From Demequinaceae bacterium (lineage in GTDB: Bacteria; Actinomycetota; Actinomycetes; Actinomycetales; Demequinaceae): DNA of 32,000 nt. Where the stretch lies: NCBI GenBank assembly GCA_965250005.1, contig OZ252279.1, forward strand, positions 270,001-302,000, given 5' to 3'. A program made the translations under genes and the position numbers. Below the pieces are notes generated by a model. That model worked only from the letters and a program-made list of their open reading frames with translations. It was not told where the DNA came from and made no database searches. Shown piece after piece: positions 26,451 to 32,000 of this stretch. Position 1 is the first letter of the stretch, and every line of letters starts with the position of its first letter.

Positions 26451-29146
26451 TGCCCTACGTACCCCTGGAGTGGCTGAGCGACTACGTGGACGTGCCCCCG
26501 GGCGCGACCCCGGAGTCCATTGCCGCCGCGCTGGTCAAGGTGGGCCTCGAGGAGGAGGGCGTTGTTTCCTCCGGCCTGGCCGGGCCGCTGGTGGTGGGAC
26601 GCGTGTTGTCCGCGGTCAAGGAGACCGCCTCGAACGGCAAGTCCATCAACTATTGCCGCGTGGACGTGGGCGCCGAGCACAATGACCCGACAGGACCCGG
26701 TAAGGGTCCAGACGCGGCCACCGAGTATCCGCCCAGCCGCGGCATCGTCTGCGGTGCGCACAACTTTGCCGAGGGCGACCTGGTCACCGTCGTGCTTCCT
26801 GGCGCCACTCTGCCCTCGACAACGGAGCCCGGCGGGTTCAAGATCTCCGCGCGCAAGACGTACGGCCACATCTCCGACGGTATGATCTGCTCCCGCAGTG
26901 AATTGAACATCGCGGAGCTAGGCATTGGCGACGACCACGACGGCATCCTCGTGCTCGCGAGCGCGAGCGGCGGGGAGGACGGCGGCTTCGACGGCGCGGC
27001 GATCAAGCCAGGAGACGACGCGATCGCCCTGCTCGGCCTGGACGCCGTGACGCTCGAGATCAACATCACTCCCGACCGCGGCTACTGCTTCTCCATGCGG
27101 GGCGTCGCCCGCGAGTACTCGCACTCCACGGGCGGAAAGTTCACCGACCCGGGGCTGCTCCCGCTCACCGGCACGCCCAAGGGCGGCGCGGCGTCGTCCA
27201 ACTTCGCAGTCGAGCTGGACGACAAGGCTCCCATCCGCGGCAACGACGGCTGCGACCGATTCGCCGCCCGCGTGCTGCGCGGCTTTGACCCGACGGCCGC
27301 GAGCCCGCAGTGGATGCAACAGCGCCTCACGCAGTCCGGCATGCGCCCCATCTCCCTGGTGGTGGACGTCACCAACTACGTGATGCTTGAGCTGGGCGTC
27401 CCGCTCCACGCGTACGACCTGGGCACGCTGACCGCGCCCATCGTGGTGCGCCGGGCCGCCGTCGATCCCAAAACCGGCGAGGGCGAGAAGCTGGTCACGC
27501 TCGAGGGCACGGAGCGCACGCTCCATCCCGAGGACATGGTGGTCGCTGATTCTCAGGGCGGGCACGGCAAGCGCGCCGTGGGCCTCGGCGGGGTCATGGG
27601 TGGGCTGGAGACGGAGATCACGGACGCCACCACGGACGTGCTGCTCGAGGGCGCGCACTGGGACCCGGTGACCATCGCCCGCACGTCCCGCCGCCACAAG
27701 ATGGGCAGCGAGGCCTCCAAGCGCGGGGAGCGCGGCGTGGACACAGCGCTCGCGCCGGTCGCGATTGAACGCGCACTGACGTTGATGCAGGAGTTCGGCG
27801 GCGGCGAGGTCGAAGACGTCTACACGGACATCAACACCGTGGCCAAGCTCGAGCCCATCGAGATGGCCGCGGACTTCCCGGACACCATCGTGGGCTTCGA
27901 GTACGGCCCGGTGACGGTGCGCGAATCGCTCGAGAAGATCGGCTGCGTCGTGGCCGCCAAGGCCGTGTCCAAGCAGGGCGGGGCGGGCGCCAACCTGTCC
28001 GTGCTGCCGCCCACGTGGCGCCCGGACCTCCGCGCCCCCATCGACCTGGTCGAGGAGGTCGCGCGCCTGCACGGCTACGACGACCTACCCTCGGCGCTGC
28101 CCACGGCCCCCGCGGGCCGCGGCTACACCCACGGTCAGCAGGTCCGCCGCAACGTGGCCCGCTCGCTCGCGGAGCACGGCCTGACCGAGGTGCAGACGTA
28201 CCCGTTCATCTCCGAGGAGCGGCTCGATGATCTGCGCACCCCGGCAGACGACCGCCGCCGCAACCTGGTCAAGCTCGCGAACCCCCTCAACGAGCAGCTG
28301 CCCTACCTGCGCCCGTTCCTGTTCTCCACGCTCGTGGACGCAGCCAAGGTGAACCTGGGCCGCGGCGCCGTGGATGTGGCGATCTTCGAGGTGGGCAAGA
28401 TCAACCGAGCCGAGGGCACGGGCAAGGCGGGGCGCCCCGGCGTGGACGCGCGCCCGTCCGCCAAGGAACTCGCGGCGATCGACGCGGCGCTGCCGCACGA
28501 GGACCTGCGCATCGGCGGAATCCTTGCGGGCAACCGCGTGGCCGCCGGCTGGAACGACGCCGCTCAGCCCGTGGACTGGTCCGACGCCCTGGCCGCCGCG
28601 ATGTCCGTTGTGGCCGCCGCGGGCGTCGAGGTCGAGGTGACCGCCGACGCGCACGATCCCTTCCACCCGGGCCGTTGCGCTGCGTTGTATCTAAAAGACG
28701 GCACGTCGGGGGACAAGCGCACGCTCGTGGGCCACGCGGGGGAGATCCACCCCAAAGTGCTCGAGAACCTCGGCCTGCCGGCGCGCTCGGTGTGCTTCGA
28801 GATCTCGCTCGACACGTTGATTGCCGCCTCCGAGGGTCAGTCCGTGCGGGCCGTGCCCGTGCTGACGCAGCCGCTCGCCAAGGAAGACTTCGCGTTCGTG
28901 GTGGACGCTGGCCTGGTGGCGGAGTCGCTGGTCGCGACCGTCCGTGTTGCCGCTGGCGACCTCCTGGAGGACGCGCACGTGTTCGACGTCTACATGGGCG
29001 AGCAGGTGGGCGAGGGCAAGAAGTCGCTCGCCGTGAACGTGAAGTTGCGTGCCGCCGACAGGACGCTCGATGCCGAGGAGATCCTCGGTGTGCGCAAGGC
29101 GATCATCACCGGCGCCGAGAAGGCGCACGGCGCGGTGCTGCGGTAG
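26450..29146 (+). CDS. pheT: Phenylalanine--tRNA ligase beta subunit
   Basis: 898 aa. ATG overlaps the pheS TAA (TAATG). It has the N-terminal tRNA-binding domain, B3/4 and B5 domains and the FDVY...GKKSLA C-terminal anticodon-binding region. Confidence 0.95.
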
Positions 29147-29251
29147 AGCCCACCTGGAAAATACGACGGTGCGCCCCGCGACAGTCGCGCATTGTGTTCA
29201 TCGACAACAGGCGGCTGCGGCGCGGGAACCCGTGAAGTCATACCCTTTGGA

Positions 29252-29257
29252 TACTGT
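29252..29257 (+). promoter_or_regulatory. -10-like TACTGT 6 nt before M1 ATG (leaderless candidate)
   Basis: ggaTACTGTtgctgcATG. Confidence 0.35.
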
Positions 29258-29263
29258 TGCTGC

Positions 29264-30532
29264 ATGGTGACCTCGACAGGACGTTTGCGACGGCAGCAGG
29301 AGGTAGTCGCCAACAGCGAATCCGAATACTCTCGTGTGGTCGAAGCATCTCTCCTCTCGCTAGAACAAGAGCCGCTAGTTCGCGCCGAGGCGCCAGAAAA
29401 CTCGAGCTATCAAGTCATCGACCTGTTCTGCGGCGCTGGAGGAATGTCGGCGGGCTTTGCAGCCGTTGGTGCGGTAACCGGGAAATTTCGAGTGGTCGTC
29501 GGTGTCGATGTCGACCCTCACTCAGCTGCTTCGTACAGAGAGAATATCGGAGCACCTGCCCTGGTCGCGGACTTGCGCGAGTGGGCGTCTGATCCCTCGT
29601 CGATGGCCGAAGCCCTTGCAGGTGTCGAGGGCTACACACGCGGGGCTCCAACCGTGCTAATCGGATGCGCGCCCTGTCAGGGCTACTCTGCGCATCGAAA
29701 GAAGGACCGTGGTCCCGAAGATGGCAGGAACAGTTTGGTTGCGGACTTCGCCGATATTGCCGCCACTCTTCGACCGGACGTCGTTGTTATGGAGAATGTG
29801 CCCGAATTGCTGGCGAGCCGCTACCGTTCGAATTTCGAGTACTTCGTCGAAGTGCTTGAAGGGGTAGGCTACAGAATCGATGCTGCGATCGAGAACGCGG
29901 CTGGCTACGGCGTTCCGCAGGCGCGCAAACGTGCACTGGTCGTCGCATCGCTCTCTTCACACGAGTTGACGCCGCCACCGTGGCTTTCCAAGAAGGAGTT
30001 TCGGACCGTGCGCAACGCGATTTCGGGCCTTGCCCCTGTTGCGGCGGGTGTTGCTTCTGAGGGTGACTCAATGCACAGAAGCGCGGCGCACCGTGACTCG
30101 ACCCTTGATGTAATCCGGCAGGTGCCGCCGGACGGCGGGAGTCGACCGCACGGAGTAGGTCCCGAGTGCCTCGACAGGGTCGCAGGGTTCTATGACGTAT
30201 ACGGGCGGTTGGCATGGGATCGGCCAGCGATCACGATTACGCACTACGCCCGGAATCCTGCGAGCGGGAGGTATGTACACCCCGAGCAAGACCGAGGATT
30301 AACTGCGCGCGAAGCCGCACGTTTGCAGGGATTCCCCGATTGGTATGTGTTTCGCGGAGGCTTCGACGATGTGTTTCGCCAGATCGGCGAGGCTGTTCCT
30401 CCCGCGGTAGGGATCGCGGTCGGCGCAAGCATATTGGCGCGATTCTCCTGGGATTTCGATGCCGAGATTGATGAGCTTGATGTGCAACGGCGCGGGCCGA
30501 GTTGCACGGTGACGAAGCGCGCGCCGCTGTGA
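29264..30532 (+). CDS. DNA (cytosine-5)-methyltransferase M1
   Basis: Motif I is DLFCGAGGMSAGF, motif IV is GCAPCQGYS (catalytic Cys), and motif VI is ENVPEL. Motif VIII is QARKR, motif IX is TAREAARLQGFPDWYVF, and motif X is GEAVPP. ATG 29264 was chosen over the track start 29192 because TACTGT lies 6 nt upstream. Confidence 0.88.
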   Translation: MVTSTGRLRRQQEVVANSESEYSRVVEASLLSLEQEPLVRAEAPENSSYQVIDLFCGAGGMSAGFAAVGAVTGKFRVVVGVDVDPHSAASYRENIGAPALVADLREWASDPSSMAEALAGVEGYTRGAPTVLIGCAPCQGYSAHRKKDRGPEDGRNSLVADFADIAATLRPDVVVMENVPELLASRYRSNFEYFVEVLEGVGYRIDAAIENAAGYGVPQARKRALVVASLSSHELTPPPWLSKKEFRTVRNAISGLAPVAAGVASEGDSMHRSAAHRDSTLDVIRQVPPDGGSRPHGVGPECLDRVAGFYDVYGRLAWDRPAITITHYARNPASGRYVHPEQDRGLTAREAARLQGFPDWYVFRGGFDDVFRQIGEAVPPAVGIAVGASILARFSWDFDAEIDELDVQRRGPSCTVTKRAPL

Positions 30533-31602
30533 CCTGGAGTTGTGTTGACGCGTTCTCGGGAGCGGGGGGCCTTGCGCTCGGCCTCGAAGGAGTCGGGTTC
30601 AGAATCCTGTATTCATTCGACAAGGATGAAACGTGCATCGAGACGATCCGCGCGAATATAGAACTGAATGAGCGCTCGGCCGCGGCCGTAGGAATCGAAG
30701 ACTTGCTCGGTGGCGAATTGCTGCGACGCCTCGGATTGGAACCGGGTGAGCTTGATTTGCTCGCTGGCGGCCCGCCATGCCAAGGCTTCAGCACGCAACG
30801 TGGCGGCGAAGATGAGGATCTCCGGAATGCGCTAGTGACGGACTATGGCCAGCTTGTTGTCGAGGTGCGGCCGAGAGTCGTGCTGATGGAGAATGTGCCC
30901 GGGCTCGGAGGCCGCAGAGGGAGCGCAATCCTTGCAGCGTTGCGAGCGACCCTGGAGGACGCGGGTTACAGACTTCAAGAGACCGTACTCGATGCTCAAG
31001 ATTTCGGAGTGCCGCAACGTCGGCGCCGGATCTTCCTCGTGGGGTTTCGCGAGGACCTTGACGTCGCACTCGGTTTCAAGTGGCCCGTGCCGCTCCGCGA
31101 GCGCAAGACTGTCCGCGAGGCGATTGGCCACCTTCCACCTCCCCCTGACGGCGGCCGGCCGCACCCGTCGATTCCGAATCACCGGGCGGACAATCTTTCT
31201 GACCTGAACAAAGCTCGGCTAAGGGCACTTGGAGAGGGCCAGTCGCGAGTTGATCTACCCGAACACTTGCTCGCGGCATGTCACCTCAGATCCGCAGATC
31301 TGATTGGGCACAGAAACGTCTACGGCAGGATGGAATGGGACTCCGTTAGCCCCACGATCACCGCCAGGTTCGATTCGTTCACTCGCGGGAAATTCGGGCA
31401 CCCTGACCAGCTCAGAACGGTGTCTCTTAGGGAAGGCGCGCTCCTCCAGGGATTTCCGGAGGATTTTGTATTCGTCGGTACCAAAGTAGAAGTCGCGCGG
31501 CAGATCGGAAATGCGGTTCCTCCACCCCTCGCACGCGCAGTGGGATCGTCAATTGCCGCGAGTCTCGCTTCCATTCGCCAGCCAGCGACGTCGGGTTCTT
31601 GA
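30529..31602 (+). CDS. DNA (cytosine-5)-methyltransferase M2
   Basis: Motif I is VDAFSGAGGLALG, motif IV is GGPPCQGFS, and motif VI is ENVPGL. Motif VIII is QRRRRIFLVG, motif IX is SLREGALLQGFPEDFVF, and motif X is GNAVPPPLA. GTG 30529 overlaps the M1 stop (GTGA). The track start TTG 30502 is the alternative. Confidence 0.88.
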   Translation: MTWSCVDAFSGAGGLALGLEGVGFRILYSFDKDETCIETIRANIELNERSAAAVGIEDLLGGELLRRLGLEPGELDLLAGGPPCQGFSTQRGGEDEDLRNALVTDYGQLVVEVRPRVVLMENVPGLGGRRGSAILAALRATLEDAGYRLQETVLDAQDFGVPQRRRRIFLVGFREDLDVALGFKWPVPLRERKTVREAIGHLPPPPDGGRPHPSIPNHRADNLSDLNKARLRALGEGQSRVDLPEHLLAACHLRSADLIGHRNVYGRMEWDSVSPTITARFDSFTRGKFGHPDQLRTVSLREGALLQGFPEDFVFVGTKVEVARQIGNAVPPPLARAVGSSIAASLASIRQPATSGS

Positions 31603-32000
31603 TGCGGGACCTGTCGCTGAGAGACGATGTGGGAGAGTATTTCGCCGGGTTCTCAAAAATTCTTGCGGGACTCAACGGCGGCGCAGCTACCGAAATGGCG
31701 TCGCGTCCCATTGCGCACAAACTGGTCGAGAGCCTCATTAACTCTTCAAACGCGCGCGCAACTGCAAGGCACGAGACTGCTGGAGCAGCGGGCCGCCCAG
31801 ATTGGACCGTTGAGGACGTGGACGACTTTGGCGTCTACACACTAATTGATCACAAGTCACTGAACCCCAATGGCCGGTATGCGCTAAAGGCAAGAGAGCA
31901 CGAGCAAATCTCGGGCTACCTTGAACTGGGCGTGCCGGTGGTCGTATTTGACGGAGTTTCCTTCGACGTCTACGGGACTGACGCGGGACGGCTGGTGGTG
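31602..32000 (+). CDS. Putative restriction endonuclease (PD-(D/E)xK-like), 3' end outside window
   Basis: This ORF is not in the supplied track because it has no stop in the window. I translated it by hand from ATG 31602, which overlaps the M2 TGA by 1 nt (TGATG): MRDLSLRDDVGEYFAGFSKILAGLNGG...GRPDWTVEDVDDFGVYTLIDHKSLNPNGRYALKAREHEQISGYLELGVPVVVFDG... It is open to base 32000 and contains PD-x15-DHK. Confidence 0.45.
   Translation, partial: MRDLSLRDDVGEYFAGFSKILAGLNGGAATEMASRPIAHKLVESLINSSNARATARHETAGAAGRPDWTVEDVDDFGVYTLIDHKSLNPNGRYALKAREHEQISGYLELGVPVVVFDGVSFDVYGTDAGRLVV

Noticed and set aside
29177-29189. 13-bp palindrome cgcgacagtcgcg between pheT and M1, considered as a terminator or an R-M controller operator.
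   Set aside because: The stem is only 4-6 bp with a tiny loop, there is no U-tract, and no C-protein gene is present. It is too short to distinguish from chance in GC-rich DNA.
30502-30528. TTG 30502 as the M2 start (31-nt overlap with M1).
   Set aside because: GTG 30529 forms a GTGA stop/start overlap and still precedes motif I. Either start remains possible.

Overview
High-GC actinobacterial chromosomal window; the exact taxon cannot be determined from the sequence alone. The + strand carries a conserved housekeeping backbone: GNAT (5' partial), dnaE, hisD-hisC-hisB-orf, hisH-hisA(priA-type)-SseB-like, infC-rpmI-rplT-TrmH-family methyltransferase, and pheS-pheT. Four accessory elements interrupt this backbone. 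(1) A minus-strand gene (7650-9098) for a secreted, membrane-anchored protein with a cytoplasmic coiled-coil tail splits the his cluster. (2) A 5.6-kb minus-strand operon (11341-16931) starts with a DUF1844-like gene. It continues with 2.5 diverged copies of a cassette: B (bitopic coiled-coil protein, C-x29-C), A (bitopic coiled-coil protein, C-x32-C), then P (lipoprotein trypsin-fold serine protease). Most junctions are translationally coupled (GTGA/ATGA overlaps). I recognise no characterised family for A or B, and this operon is my best candidate for an undescribed cell-envelope system. (3) Three tandem paralogous Cache-like/GGDEF diguanylate cyclases (19527-24678) plus a small membrane protein lie between the TrmH-family gene and pheS. 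(4) After pheT, a lower-GC block holds two translationally coupled DNA cytosine-5 methyltransferases and a 5'-partial ORF with a PD-x15-DxK motif running off the window, most simply a type II R-M system with two methylases. At least seven genes have a TAnnnT hexamer exactly 6-7 nt before the start codon and no Shine-Dalgarno, suggesting leaderless mRNAs. I found no rRNA, tRNA, CRISPR array, transposase or integrase. The many long antisense ORFs in the track look like high-GC artefacts.
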